From assembly GCA_965226885.1 (NCBI GenBank), contig CBDDEL010000016.1, forward strand, positions 608,001 through 672,000: a stretch of DNA of 64,000 nt, given 5' to 3'. The notes below the pieces were generated by a model, which ran no database searches, had not been told where the DNA came from, and saw nothing but the letters and a program-made list of their open reading frames with translations. Positions 9,339-19,093 of this stretch are shown here, in pieces (position 1 is the stretch's first letter; the number at the start of each line of letters is the position of its first letter). A program made the position numbers and the translations under genes. The stretch is from Opitutales bacterium. GTDB taxonomy: Bacteria > Verrucomicrobiota > Verrucomicrobiia > Opitutales > UBA2987.

Positions 9339-10685
9339 TTAACCTTCATCGGGGGCGTCCATGATTGTGAACATGAGGTCTGCCGAGGAAACCACTTTGC
9401 CGGCAACCTGGCAGGAGCAGGAGGCAGCGGCGATTTTATTGCCCCTCGTTTTGGTGATTTTGACATGGATGAGGATCTGGTCCCCTGGGCTGACAGCGCG
9501 GCGGAATTTGACTTTGTCGCAACTCATGAAGAAGGCCACCTTGCCTTCGCTGGCGACTTGGCGGAGCATGAGCACACCGGCCGCCTGGGCCATGGCTTCG
9601 ATCTGCAAAACCCCCGGCATAACGGGCAGGCCGGGGAAATGCCCTTTAAAGTAGGGTTCGTTGAAAGTGACATTTTTGAGAGCCACCAGTTCGCGGTCAT
9701 TGATAATTTCAGTGACCCTGTCGATAAGCAGAAAGGGATATCGGTGCGGAAGAATTTCCAGAACCCGGCGAATATCGAGGGCTGTCTCGTGTGCCGAAAC
9801 ATAGGTTTGGGGGGCATCCGGTTTCTTTTTTTTGGGGGAGGGGCGAGCGGATTTTTTTCCGTTGCAGCGGGCGAGGATAGCGGAAGCCAGTTTCGAGTTG
9901 AGGGCATGGCCCGGCCTGACTGCCACGATGTGCGCCTTGAGCGGTTGGCCCAGGAGGCACAAATCTCCGATGATATCGAGGATTTTGTGCCGCACAAATT
10001 CGTCTTTGAAGCGTAGCGGCTCTTTGGAGAGAATCTTGTCGCCTTTGATGACGATGGCGGAGTCGAGGCTGCCGCCCCGAATCTTGCCCCGGCTGATGAG
10101 TTCTTCGATGTCTTCGTAAATGGTGAAGGTGCGGGCTGGAGCAATCTCGGTAAAATAGGTGTCTGGATCGATATCGATGGAGAGGTGCTGGGTGTGAAAC
10201 CCGCGGTCGTCGCTTGAGGTGCAGGTGATTCTCAAACCGTCATAGGTAAGGGCTATGAGGGAGCGGTTTCCATCGCCCACCGAGAGAGGTTCCTCCACCT
10301 GGAGGAAGGAGCGATCTTTGTCTTGCTCGACCGGTTCCGCTTCCCGCAATAATTTAACATATGGGCGGGCCGATCCGTCCAGGATGGGAGGTTCCACTCC
10401 GTCCAGTTCGATGGTCACATTGTCCACGCCGAATCCGCTCAAGGCGCTCAGGACGTGTTCCACGGTCAACAACTTGACATGACCGGAGGCCATCCCGGTA
10501 TTGCGAAAGAGGTCGGTGACCAGTTCCACTTTGGGCTGGATTTCCGGTTTTCCGTAGAGATCGATTCTTCTGAAAACGATACCCTGGCCGGCCGGAGCCG
10601 GTTTAAAACTGATGCGCACCTCTTCCCCTGTATGCAGGCCTTTGCCTTTGATGGAGGCTTCTCGCAGGATGGAACGCTGTTTCAT
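9339..10685 (-). CDS. lpxC-fabZ: Bifunctional LpxC deacetylase / FabZ dehydratase
   Basis: LpxC motifs GLHTG, TVEH.LSAL, HKILD.IGDL, followed by FabZ motifs [29 protein letters not shown]. Confidence 0.95.
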   Translation of the reverse strand: MKQRSILREASIKGKGLHTGEEVRISFKPAPAGQGIVFRRIDLYGKPEIQPKVELVTDLFRNTGMASGHVKLLTVEHVLSALSGFGVDNVTIELDGVEPPILDGSARPYVKLLREAEPVEQDKDRSFLQVEEPLSVGDGNRSLIALTYDGLRITCTSSDDRGFHTQHLSIDIDPDTYFTEIAPARTFTIYEDIEELISRGKIRGGSLDSAIVIKGDKILSKEPLRFKDEFVRHKILDIIGDLCLLGQPLKAHIVAVRPGHALNSKLASAILARCNGKKSARPSPKKKKPDAPQTYVSAHETALDIRRVLEILPHRYPFLLIDRVTEIINDRELVALKNVTFNEPYFKGHFPGLPVMPGVLQIEAMAQAAGVLMLRQVASEGKVAFFMSCDKVKFRRAVSPGDQILIHVKITKTRGNKIAAASCSCQVAGKVVSSADLMFTIMDAPDEG

Positions 10686-10843
10686 TTCAGGGAATTTGAG
10701 ATAGGTTCTGAAAAAAACTTCACCTTAGACCCCCATTCCCGATTGTAAAGAGTGGAAATTTGCACCGGGATTATTGACAGGAGAGCGGGCAATCACATAT
10801 TGAGCGGTTTTCTAAATAAATACTCTCCACACATAAAATTGCT

Positions 10844-11401
10844 ATGGCTTCTCCCAAAGATATTCGCAAAGGAAGGGTGATCAATTACAATGGCATTCCC
10901 CATGTGGTGCTGGAAATGATCCACCGCACCCAGGGCCGCCAGGCCGGATTCGTCCAGACCACCTTGAGGAACATGAAGACCAACTCCACCACCACGACCA
11001 AGTTTCGCGGCACCGACCATATAGAAATTCTCATCACCGACACGCAACGGCTGGAATATAGCTACAATGACCGGGAGGGTTGCCATTTTATGCATCCGGA
11101 AACGTTCGAGGATGTTATTCTGGATGAAAACCTAGTCTCAGAGGCTCGCAAATTTCTTTCCGAGGGCAATACTTACGATGTTTTATTTGTGGAAGAGCAG
11201 GCCGTCCAGATTCAGCTGCCATCATCCGTGGAACTTGAGGTGGTGGAAGCGCCGCCGGCCATCCGGGGCGATACTTCGGGGGCGGTCCTCAAGCCGGTCA
11301 CGGTAACGACGGGCTTTGTGGTGCAAACCCCGCTTTTCATAAATGTGGGGGACATAATCAAGGTCAGCACGGCCGACAGTTCCTACCTTGGCCGGGCCTG
11401 A
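10844..11401 (+). CDS. efp: Elongation factor P (Arg-type loop TQGRQ)
   Basis: 185 aa; P..RGDT....KP....TG..V..P.FI..GD.I.V.T....Y..RA. Confidence 0.93.
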   Translation: MASPKDIRKGRVINYNGIPHVVLEMIHRTQGRQAGFVQTTLRNMKTNSTTTTKFRGTDHIEILITDTQRLEYSYNDREGCHFMHPETFEDVILDENLVSEARKFLSEGNTYDVLFVEEQAVQIQLPSSVELEVVEAPPAIRGDTSGAVLKPVTVTTGFVVQTPLFINVGDIIKVSTADSSYLGRA

Positions 11402-11465
11402 GGTGTGAGGCCTAAGGCCTAAGGTCTGATGCCCGTTTTGCCGGTCCGCTTTTTTTTTAAAAAAA

Positions 11466-12800
11466 TCAAGCCACCCGCTCGACAATAAGTTGGGGCGGAT
11501 TGGGGCGCTTGGGGGCCAGGCGGTAGGCCGAACGCAGGTAATCGAGGGCAGTGTCGAGGCGCGATTCATCGTTGTAATGAATCATCATGAGGGGCTCCCC
11601 TTGTTTGACTTGAGCGGCTACTTTGCGAATTTCGGAAACTCCTACGGCGGGATCGTAGATACCCTTTTTGTCGGTGGCCAGCATCTGCACACCGCGGGCG
11701 ATCATGCCGGCGTTGATGGTGTGGACATAGCCTCTTTTGGGCGCGGGTAGTTTGCGCACGTACTTGGCTTTGGGAAATTTGTCTTCATCTTCCAGCCATT
11801 CGGTATTGCCGCCGAGAGCGGCTACCATTTCTTTGAATTTAATGAGGGCGGAGCCGTCTTCGAGGTGCCTCAATACGGTTTGTTTGGCGGAAAGAGTGGA
11901 ACCGGCCACTCCTCCCAGGCGGACGATTTCCATGCCCAGCTTGAGAACGAGTTCCTTTAAATCCTCAGGGCCTTCGCCGCGAAGCAATTGCATGGCTTCG
12001 AGTATTTCGAGGCCGGTCCCTACGGTATCGCCCAAAGGTTGGTTCATATCGGTGACCAAGGCCACGCAACGGCGTTTCATGGAGCGGCCCACCCTGGTAA
12101 TGGATCGGGCCAATTGTCGGGCTTGATCCACATCTTTGATGAAGGAGCCGTTGCCCCACTTCACATCAATCACCAATCCTTCGGCCCCCTGGGCCAATTT
12201 TCGGCTGAGGACACTACCGGTAATGAGCGGGAGGCTCGGAATGGTGGCTGTTTTGCGCCTCATGGCGTATAAAACTTCATCGACCGGAGCAATCTCGGGA
12301 CTTTGCTTCACAATCGTGCAATTTACGGTGGAGAGCAGTTCGACGAATCGATCCAGATCGACATCGGGGTTATAGCCGGAAATGGAGGAAAGCTTGTCCA
12401 GGTTGCTGATGACGAATTCTTCATCGACGCCATTCATCATTGGCATGACGACTCCGCAGGCGGCGGCCAGCGGGGCCAGCACGAGGGAGGTTTTGTCTCC
12501 CACTCCTCCGGTGGAGTATTTATCGATCTTGGGCTTGGTGATTTTCGATAAATCGACCACTTCCCCCGACAACATCAACTCCTCGGCCAGGGATGCGGTT
12601 TCCTGGGCTGACATTCCTTGAAAATAAATGGCCATGGCCAAAGCGGCCAATTGGTAATCGGGCAATTTGCAATCCATGATCGAATCGACAACATGGCGAA
12701 TTTCATCGTGCGTGAATTCGCCACCATCCCGTTTCTTTTCAATTAAATACTTGAAAGAGGGTTTGATGAACTTTCGCGGTGAAAATAGTTTTTTCCTCAT
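11466..12800 (-). CDS. Thymidine/pyrimidine-nucleoside phosphorylase-like protein with a divergent active site
   Basis: Motifs KKRDG, STGGVGDK, DVK.G.G.F, TDMNQPLG...G..LE. The canonical DKH and SGRGLGHTGGT motifs are altered. Confidence 0.88.
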   Translation of the reverse strand: MRKKLFSPRKFIKPSFKYLIEKKRDGGEFTHDEIRHVVDSIMDCKLPDYQLAALAMAIYFQGMSAQETASLAEELMLSGEVVDLSKITKPKIDKYSTGGVGDKTSLVLAPLAAACGVVMPMMNGVDEEFVISNLDKLSSISGYNPDVDLDRFVELLSTVNCTIVKQSPEIAPVDEVLYAMRRKTATIPSLPLITGSVLSRKLAQGAEGLVIDVKWGNGSFIKDVDQARQLARSITRVGRSMKRRCVALVTDMNQPLGDTVGTGLEILEAMQLLRGEGPEDLKELVLKLGMEIVRLGGVAGSTLSAKQTVLRHLEDGSALIKFKEMVAALGGNTEWLEDEDKFPKAKYVRKLPAPKRGYVHTINAGMIARGVQMLATDKKGIYDPAVGVSEIRKVAAQVKQGEPLMMIHYNDESRLDTALDYLRSAYRLAPKRPNPPQLIVERVA

Positions 12801-12817
12801 GTTTTCTCAATCGGTTC

Positions 12818-12863
12818 TTTGGCATTGCACTTTGGCATTGCATTTTGGCATTGCATTTTGGCA
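12818..12863. repeat. 13-bp tandem repeat x3.5 (TTTGGCATTGCAY)
   Basis: Read directly; lies about 17 bp upstream of the phosphorylase-like start codon. Confidence 0.9.
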
Positions 12864-13085
12864 AGGCCGTAAGCCATTAATTATTAGGCCATTAAGAACA
12901 GACTTGTCGAGACTTTTCTGTTTCGAGGGACTTTCCGTACCGCTTCAGGGTTGGATAAACAGGCTAGAGGCAACGATTTCAGAAGCTAGCTGAGTTTGTG
13001 TTTTTTTTATCCTCAAAGAGAAAATTTTTCCGTATTCGGCGCTTGCCCCAACACTTCTTCTGGCCATTCCATAGGAGCTTCAGGC

Positions 13086-14849
13086 ATGGAAATTTTATCT
13101 AATCCCTCCGAATATCTCGATCGGCAATTGCGAGAAGCCGCTTCCCGTGGCGGTCTTTTCGACGACTCATTCGACCCCCAAATCCGCCCCTCGGATCCGC
13201 GCCACGGCGATTACCAGGCCAATGGGGCGCTGCCCCTGGCGCGGAAAATGGGCCTCAACCCCCGCCAGACGGCTTCGCAGCTAATCGACGCCCTCAATGA
13301 ATCGGGAAATTTCGACGAGAACCTGGTGGCCATGTCAGTGGCCGGGCCGGGATTCATCAATTTTCGCTTCAAGGCGCCTTTTCTGAAGAAGTGGCTGATA
13401 AAACATAACTCCGGGGAAGAGCTCAAAAATGCCGCCGGCGGCCTCTTTGCGGATCGAATATTCGTGGTAGATTTCAGCTCCCCCAACACAGCTAAACAGA
13501 TGCACGTGGGACACATCCGGTCCACCGTCATCGGTGAATCCTTATGCCGCTTGCTGGAGTTTTGCGGGGCTTTAGTTTTGCGCGATAACCATATCGGCGA
13601 CTGGGGGACGCAGTTCGGCATCCTTCTGTTGATTATCAAAAGAAAGGGATTCGATCCATTGCGTCCTTGCTCCGATCCCCTGGCGGAACTAGAGGATTTA
13701 TATAAAAAAGGGGTGGCTTTGACCAATGAAGAACCGGCCTTTCTGGAGGAAGCGCGACAGGAACTGGTTAAACTGCAAAACGGGGACAAGAAAAACCTGG
13801 CTTTGTGGAAAAATATCAACGCGGTCAGCTTCGGCGCTTTCGAGGAAATTTACAAAAAACTGGGCATTCGCTTCGATGAGGTCCTGGGGGAAAGCTTTTA
13901 CCGGGACAAGGTGGAACGCATCTACCGGGAATTGGTGGAAACCGGGGTGGCCGAGGAAAGCAGAGGCGCCTTGGTGGTCTTTCACCCCGAGCACCCCCGA
14001 TTTCGGGAACAGCCTTTTATTATTCGTAAAACGGATGGGGCCAGCAATTATGGCACCACCGACCTGGCCACCATCCTGCACCGGGTGGAGCATTACAAGG
14101 CGACCGACATCCTGTACGTGGTCGATTCCCGCCAGAGTGACCATTTCGAGCAGCTTTTCCTGACCGTGCGAAAGTGGTTTACACAAAAAAATGTGCCCGA
14201 GCCAAGGCTTGAGCACATAAGTTTCGGCACCATATTGGGCAAGGGCGGCAAGGCTATTAGGACCCGCGACGGGGAACCAGTCAAACTGAAGGACCTCCTC
14301 AATGAGGCAGTCGATCGGGCCTACGCTATTGTTTCGGAAAAAAACCCTGGTCTGAGTGAGGACGAACGCCGCCGAGTAGCTGCAATTGTCGGTCTGGGAG
14401 CGGTTAAATATGCCGATCTGATGCAAAACCGAACGAGCGATTACCTCTTTTCGTGGCCCAAAATGCTCAGTTTCGAAGGAAACACGGCACCCTACTTGCT
14501 CTATGCCGTGGCCCGCATCCACAGCATTTTCCGCAAAGCCAATCTACAGCCGGGGGAGGGCGAGGAAAAGGCCTCCGATTTCGAAACCGCGGAGGAGATG
14601 GCCCTGGCCCGCAAACTGGTCGAGTTTGCCAGCGTGCTCAAGCAAACCCTCAACGACTGGCGGCCCCATTTTTTGTGCGCTTATTTGTATGAATTGGCCG
14701 GTGTCTTCAGTGGCTTTTACAATTCCGACAAGGTGATCGGGGAAAATCCGCCAACACAGGCGCGCCGTCTTATCCTTTGCGCCCGCACCCTTCTTTTGCT
14801 GGAAACCGGCCTGCATCTGCTTGGCCTGGATACCTTGGAAAGAATGTAG
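13086..14849 (+). CDS. argS: Arginine--tRNA ligase
   Basis: Motifs DFSSPN.AK.MHVGH.RST.IG, GDWGTQFG, GNTAPYLLY..ARI.SI; C-terminal LERM. Confidence 0.96.
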   Translation: MEILSNPSEYLDRQLREAASRGGLFDDSFDPQIRPSDPRHGDYQANGALPLARKMGLNPRQTASQLIDALNESGNFDENLVAMSVAGPGFINFRFKAPFLKKWLIKHNSGEELKNAAGGLFADRIFVVDFSSPNTAKQMHVGHIRSTVIGESLCRLLEFCGALVLRDNHIGDWGTQFGILLLIIKRKGFDPLRPCSDPLAELEDLYKKGVALTNEEPAFLEEARQELVKLQNGDKKNLALWKNINAVSFGAFEEIYKKLGIRFDEVLGESFYRDKVERIYRELVETGVAEESRGALVVFHPEHPRFREQPFIIRKTDGASNYGTTDLATILHRVEHYKATDILYVVDSRQSDHFEQLFLTVRKWFTQKNVPEPRLEHISFGTILGKGGKAIRTRDGEPVKLKDLLNEAVDRAYAIVSEKNPGLSEDERRRVAAIVGLGAVKYADLMQNRTSDYLFSWPKMLSFEGNTAPYLLYAVARIHSIFRKANLQPGEGEEKASDFETAEEMALARKLVEFASVLKQTLNDWRPHFLCAYLYELAGVFSGFYNSDKVIGENPPTQARRLILCARTLLLLETGLHLLGLDTLERM

Positions 14850-14996
14850 GGGGGCGGCAGAGCCCAACTCCACCAACATCTGTATATCCCCCGATTACAT
14901 GGCCATAGTCCAAGAACCGGTCGTGGTGCGATTTTGGCAAGGAAATTAAAATAAGGAAATCCTTATTTTAATTTTTTACATTTGATTAAAATATAT

Positions 14997-15308
14997 AAAT
15001 TCTTTCTCAACGTCACTGCGAATGAAGCGGTCGAAATCTTTTGGAAAATTGTCGAGCTAAACGAAGATATGCAGCAGTTGGTATTCTCCATGGGAGGCCG
15101 AGCCACCAACGGGGCGCGTTTGCTGGAACTTTTTTACTCGTATTCTGGTTTAAGTATTCGGTCTGTCGCGAAACTGCTAAATTTGACACCGGCAACAATT
15201 GACAGGTTATTGCGGGAGTTTATCCGACTTGGAATAGTCCATGAAATCACCGGTTATCGACGCAATTGCATTTTCTATTTCAAACCCTACATTGATTTAT
15301 TTATTTGA
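14997..15308 (+). pseudogene. C-terminal HTH part of a Fic-family protein
   Basis: ..VAKLLNLTPATIDRLL..F..LGIVHEITGYRRN..F.F..YIDLF. The Fic catalytic domain is absent. Confidence 0.7.
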
Positions 15309-15346
15309 TAACAATTCCGAATCCCTTCAACAGCGGCACCTCAAAC

Positions 15347-15412
15347 CTTATTTGTATGAACTGGCCGGCGTCTTAAGCGGCTTTTACAATGCCAGCAAGG
15401 TGATTGGAGAAA
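15347..15412 (+). repeat. Diverged direct repeat of argS 14680-14745
   Basis: 57/66 nt identical by manual alignment. YLYELAGVLSGFYNASKVIGE versus YLYELAGVFSGFYNSDKVIGE. Confidence 0.9.
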
Positions 15413-15500
15413 GCTCCTTATCGCCGTTGACAGTCAATCTTCCCTTTATACAATTTCTTCTTATTAACGAAAAAATTAATTTCAACCAGGAGATGTAAAA

Positions 15501-15544
15501 ATGCCCAATCCTTTTTGTCACATTGAACTGAGCACGACCGATCC
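15501..15544 (+). pseudogene. 5' stub of a VOC/glyoxalase-family gene cut by IS3
   Basis: RBS AGGAG, then MPNPFCHIELSTTDP, ending at the IS3 IR. Confidence 0.65.
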
Positions 15545-15607
15545 TGACGTGTACTGGATTTGTTGGACACGGGATTCTCTTATATTCATTGTTTATTGAT
15601 TAGTGTG

Positions 15608-16525
15608 TCAGGCGGCTTGTTTTGGTAAAGGGTTTTGTTTTCTCGTTGCCCCCCATGGGGGGCAAATATTTTCCTCGAATTGGACTGGGCTTTGGTAACT
15701 CAGAGAGGAATGTTTGCGATATCGGTTGTAGAAGATTTCCACGTATTCGAAGACAGTTGATCGCAGTTCGCGCTCGTCGGCAAAGTGGCGGCCTCGAATC
15801 GTGCTGGTCTTGAAGCGGCCGTAGAACGATTCCATGGCCGCGTTGTCGTAGCAGTTGCCTTGGGCGCTCATGCTCGGCTTCATGCCTAGTTCAGAGACCA
15901 GCCTCTGATAGTCGTCGCTGGCGTAGGGGCTGCCCCGATCGCTGTGATGAATAATCCCGGTGCGCAGTGTGCCGCGGGTCATGGCCGCGGCTTTGAGGGC
16001 CTTGCCAACCAGCTTCGCGTCGTTGTGGTTGGAAACGCTCCAGCCCAGCAGGCGTCGGCTGAACAGGTCCATCACCGTGGCCAAGTACATCCAACCGGCC
16101 AGGGTCCGTAGGTAGGTCGTGTCCGCCACCCAGACCTCGTCGATATGGGTCGGCTGGCCATGCTTTTTAAGCACATTGGGGCTGTAACCATAGGGATGGT
16201 TACTGTTGGTTTTTAATGGCTTAAAGCGTTTACTCTGGGTGCTTTTGATTCCCATTTCACGCATCAGACGCAGAGCCCGGTCACGGCCGCAATCGATGCC
16301 CTCATCATCCTTCAGATGGCGGTGCATTGGCCGATGCCCATAGCGGCCCTTGGCCTCTTTGTGTACCTTCAGGATCGCCCCCTTGATTCCCTCGTCCTCG
16401 ATCCGCCGGGCCGAGGGCGCTCGGTGCCTCCAGCAGTAATAGCCACTGCGACAAATCCCCATCGCCGAGCATATTTCCTCGATCTTGAAGCGCCCCTCGT
16501 TGTCTTTGACAAACTGGTACTTCAT
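15608..16525 (-). CDS. IS3-A transposase OrfB
   Basis: Motifs YGHRPM, WVADTTYL, HHSDRGSPY, GNCYDNAAMESF. Confidence 0.9.
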   Translation of the reverse strand: MKYQFVKDNEGRFKIEEICSAMGICRSGYYCWRHRAPSARRIEDEGIKGAILKVHKEAKGRYGHRPMHRHLKDDEGIDCGRDRALRLMREMGIKSTQSKRFKPLKTNSNHPYGYSPNVLKKHGQPTHIDEVWVADTTYLRTLAGWMYLATVMDLFSRRLLGWSVSNHNDAKLVGKALKAAAMTRGTLRTGIIHHSDRGSPYASDDYQRLVSELGMKPSMSAQGNCYDNAAMESFYGRFKTSTIRGRHFADERELRSTVFEYVEIFYNRYRKHSSLSYQSPVQFEENICPPWGATRKQNPLPKQAA

Positions 16526-16817
16526 TGTTCGTCCTTGGCAAAGTAGCCCACCGTTTTTTTTAGTATCTGGTTGATCCGCTCCGAGCGGCGCAGCTCTTTG
16601 CGAAGACGATCTATCTCGGCCGCCATCTCCTTCGGACTGCTCTGTCGCTTTGAGGTGGCTTCGCCCTGCTGATCGTCCAGATAGAGCCTCTTCCACCTAT
16701 ACAATTGGTTGGTGTTGACCCCAAGTTTGGTCGATACCTCGGTGGCGCTCAGTGAAATGGACGGGGAAAACTGGACAGTGGAATAAGGTGGTCTTGAACC
16801 ACTAAATCCGCTAACCT

Positions 16818-17123
16818 ATGAATGTTATTAAATCACGAAAGAGAAGACAATACAGTGCTGAGTTTAAAGCCCGAGTGGCCCTGGAAGCCATCAGGGGCGC
16901 TCATACCATCAACGAGATCGCCGGTCGTTTTGAGGTGCATCCCAACCAGGTGACCCAATGGAAGAAGCAGCTTCTGCAGGGAGCAACGGAGCTGTTTTCG
17001 CGCCAGCGGCAGACTCTCAGCAAGGACAACGAGACGGAAAAAGATCACCTTTACCAGGAGATTGGAAAGCTGAAAGTAGAATGCGATTGGCTAAAAAAAA
17101 AGTCTGAACAATTCGATTGGTGA
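16818..17123 (+). CDS. IS3-B transposase OrfA
   Basis: RRQYSAEFKARVALEA...VHPNQVTQWKKQL...LYQEIGKLKVE.DWLKKK; ends at an A-run slippery site. Confidence 0.9.
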   Translation: MNVIKSRKRRQYSAEFKARVALEAIRGAHTINEIAGRFEVHPNQVTQWKKQLLQGATELFSRQRQTLSKDNETEKDHLYQEIGKLKVECDWLKKKSEQFDW

Positions 17124-17998
17124 GAGGCGCAAGATGGTGCAACCACTTCAAGGAAAAATCAGTATCGGCAGGCAATGTCAGTTGCTGGGGCTGGCCCGCG
17201 GCAGCTATTACTATCGGGCCCGTGCCCAGTGCGAGCAGAACGTTCTCTACATGCATCGCATGGATGAGCTCTACACCCAATATCCGTTTTTTGGTTCTCG
17301 CCGGATGACCCAGTGGCTGCGTCGAGAGGGCCATGCAGTGGGACGAGGCCGCATCCAGCGGCTCATGCGCCAAATGGGCCTGGGAGGCTATTTATCCGCG
17401 TCGAAACTTGAGCCAGGGGCACCGGCAGCACCGCATTTTCCCTTATCTGCTGCGGGGTTTGGCGGTCGAGCGGCCCGACCAGGTATGGTGCAGCGACATC
17501 ACTTACCTGCGGCTGAGCCGAGGATTCCTTTTCTTGACCGTGGTGTTGGACTGGTTCAGCCGCTACGTGTTGAGCTGGCAGCTTTCCAACACCCTGGAGA
17601 GCCGCTTCTGTGTGCTCGCCCTGGAGGAAGCTCTGAGGCGGGCCCAACCTCAAATCTTCAACACCGATCAAGGCAGCCAGTTTACCGGCAGCGAGTTCAC
17701 CTCGGTGCTGGGGCAAGCCGGGGTGCGCATCAGCATGGACGGGCGTGGCCGCTACCTGGACAACATATTTGTTGAACGCTTTTGGAGAACCCTCAAGTAT
17801 GAAGACATTTACCTGCGCGAATACGCCACGGCAAAGGAAGCCAGCGAAGGGATAGCCCGCTACCTGGACTTCTACAACCACCTGCGCCCCCACCAAGCCC
17901 TGGGCTACCGGACCCCGGCCGAAGTCCATGCAATCGGAGCAAAACCAACCTCCCCGCCAATACAGCTTGCGGGCACCTGCGTGCCCGTCTTTGGCTAA
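17120..17998 (+). pseudogene. IS3-B transposase OrfB with an internal frameshift near 17383
   Basis: The N-part (PFFGSRRM) and the C-part (EAIYP..WCSDITY..FNTDQGSQF..DNIFVERFWR) are in different frames. Confidence 0.82.
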
Positions 17999-18086
17999 GG
18001 ACAAAATATATTTTTAAAAAATAATATGAACACGATTTCCACCTTAATCCCACGTCAAAATTGTCCAAACAACCCCGTCCACTTCA

Positions 18087-18269
18087 TGGTGCCAACCTAA
18101 AGGGTGCATTGGTGCTGCCCCCGGCACTACCGAACCAATGGGGGAAAGGGGGCAGTGTCTCTACACCCTGAAAAACACCTAAAAATCAAGACGATCTGCT
18201 CAAAATACAAAGAAATCCATCTCCAATAGCAATAACGAGCCAAACTTTACCCTTCATGAAATATCCGGG
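18087..18269 (+). mobile_element. IS1380 right-end fragment, inverted relative to the adjacent IS1380 left part
   Basis: Reverse complement of 37821-38003: last codons VPT*, 3' UTR and IR ...GAAATATCCGGG. Confidence 0.9.
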
Positions 18270-19093
18270 CTAACTTCGTTGCGGTCGCACCAAGAGAGTA
18301 TCCGGTCTCGACAAAATCCACTGTCGGCGCGCCAAATAATCCGCGTACGGGGCCAGCTTTGGCGAATCCGTTTAACCAGCAATTTGAGGATGGCCCCGGC
18401 ATGCTTGCTGGCATCGATCTTGCTCGGCCGCAGGTAGGCCACCAGCAGCTGATCACCGCAAAAAACATATAGCGGCAGAAAACAGTAATGATCATAATAA
18501 CCGTGGAAAAAACGTCCCTCCTGGAGCCCGTGCACCGGAGTGTCGGTGGCGTCAAAGTCCAGGATGATCTCTTCGGGTTCCTCGGCAAAGGAGCCCATGA
18601 ACTGTTCGACCAACAGCTCGTTTACCGCAAAGGCCGCCCGCCGATCCTGCCCGTTTTCAAAACGACACAAAGTCGGCGCGCTGGCCAACGTTTCAATGCG
18701 CCCCGTTACCGTTTGCAACAATGGATCGTGGCGCAGGGTATCAAAGTCGTTCAAATCCTCATAGCCCGCCACCAGCCCGTAAACGCGCTGCCGCAGCATC
18801 CCCAATACCTCATGGCGTACTTTGCCCTTCTGCCGTTTGTCCACTAACTGTCGGGCCGCTCGTTCGGTCAAGCCCAACTGCCGATCCACTTCCCGGATCA
18901 AAAGCAGTCCGGCATCCGAAGTAACCTCTCCGCCCTTGAAATCAACCCCCACACGGCGGCCTTTTACCCTTGTCAACTGTAGCTTTAATTGTTTACCTTT
19001 TGTCATCGCTGATATTGCTTTAATTATTGATCTATCCTGCTGTATATCAGCAGTTAAGCATATCAACGATACTTTTTTTACGAAATATCCGGG
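18270..19093 (-). mobile_element. IS1380 5' half with truncated transposase
   Basis: Near-identical to 38564-39387. The transposase is cut after ...CDRNEVS. Confidence 0.9.

Larger units (their letters stand above)
16753..18086 (+). mobile_element. IS3-family element 'B' nested in IS3-A
   Basis: IRs TGAAATGGACGGGGAAAACTGGACA and TGTCCAAACAACCCCGTCCACTTCA. No TSD. Confidence 0.9.

Noticed and set aside
9339..10685. LpxC-FabZ fusion as a novelty
   Set aside because: This is a well-known fusion in several phyla.
12818..12863. Sigma-54 promoter in the TGGCA repeats (also at 62042)
   Set aside because: The GG-N10-GC spacing is not satisfied.
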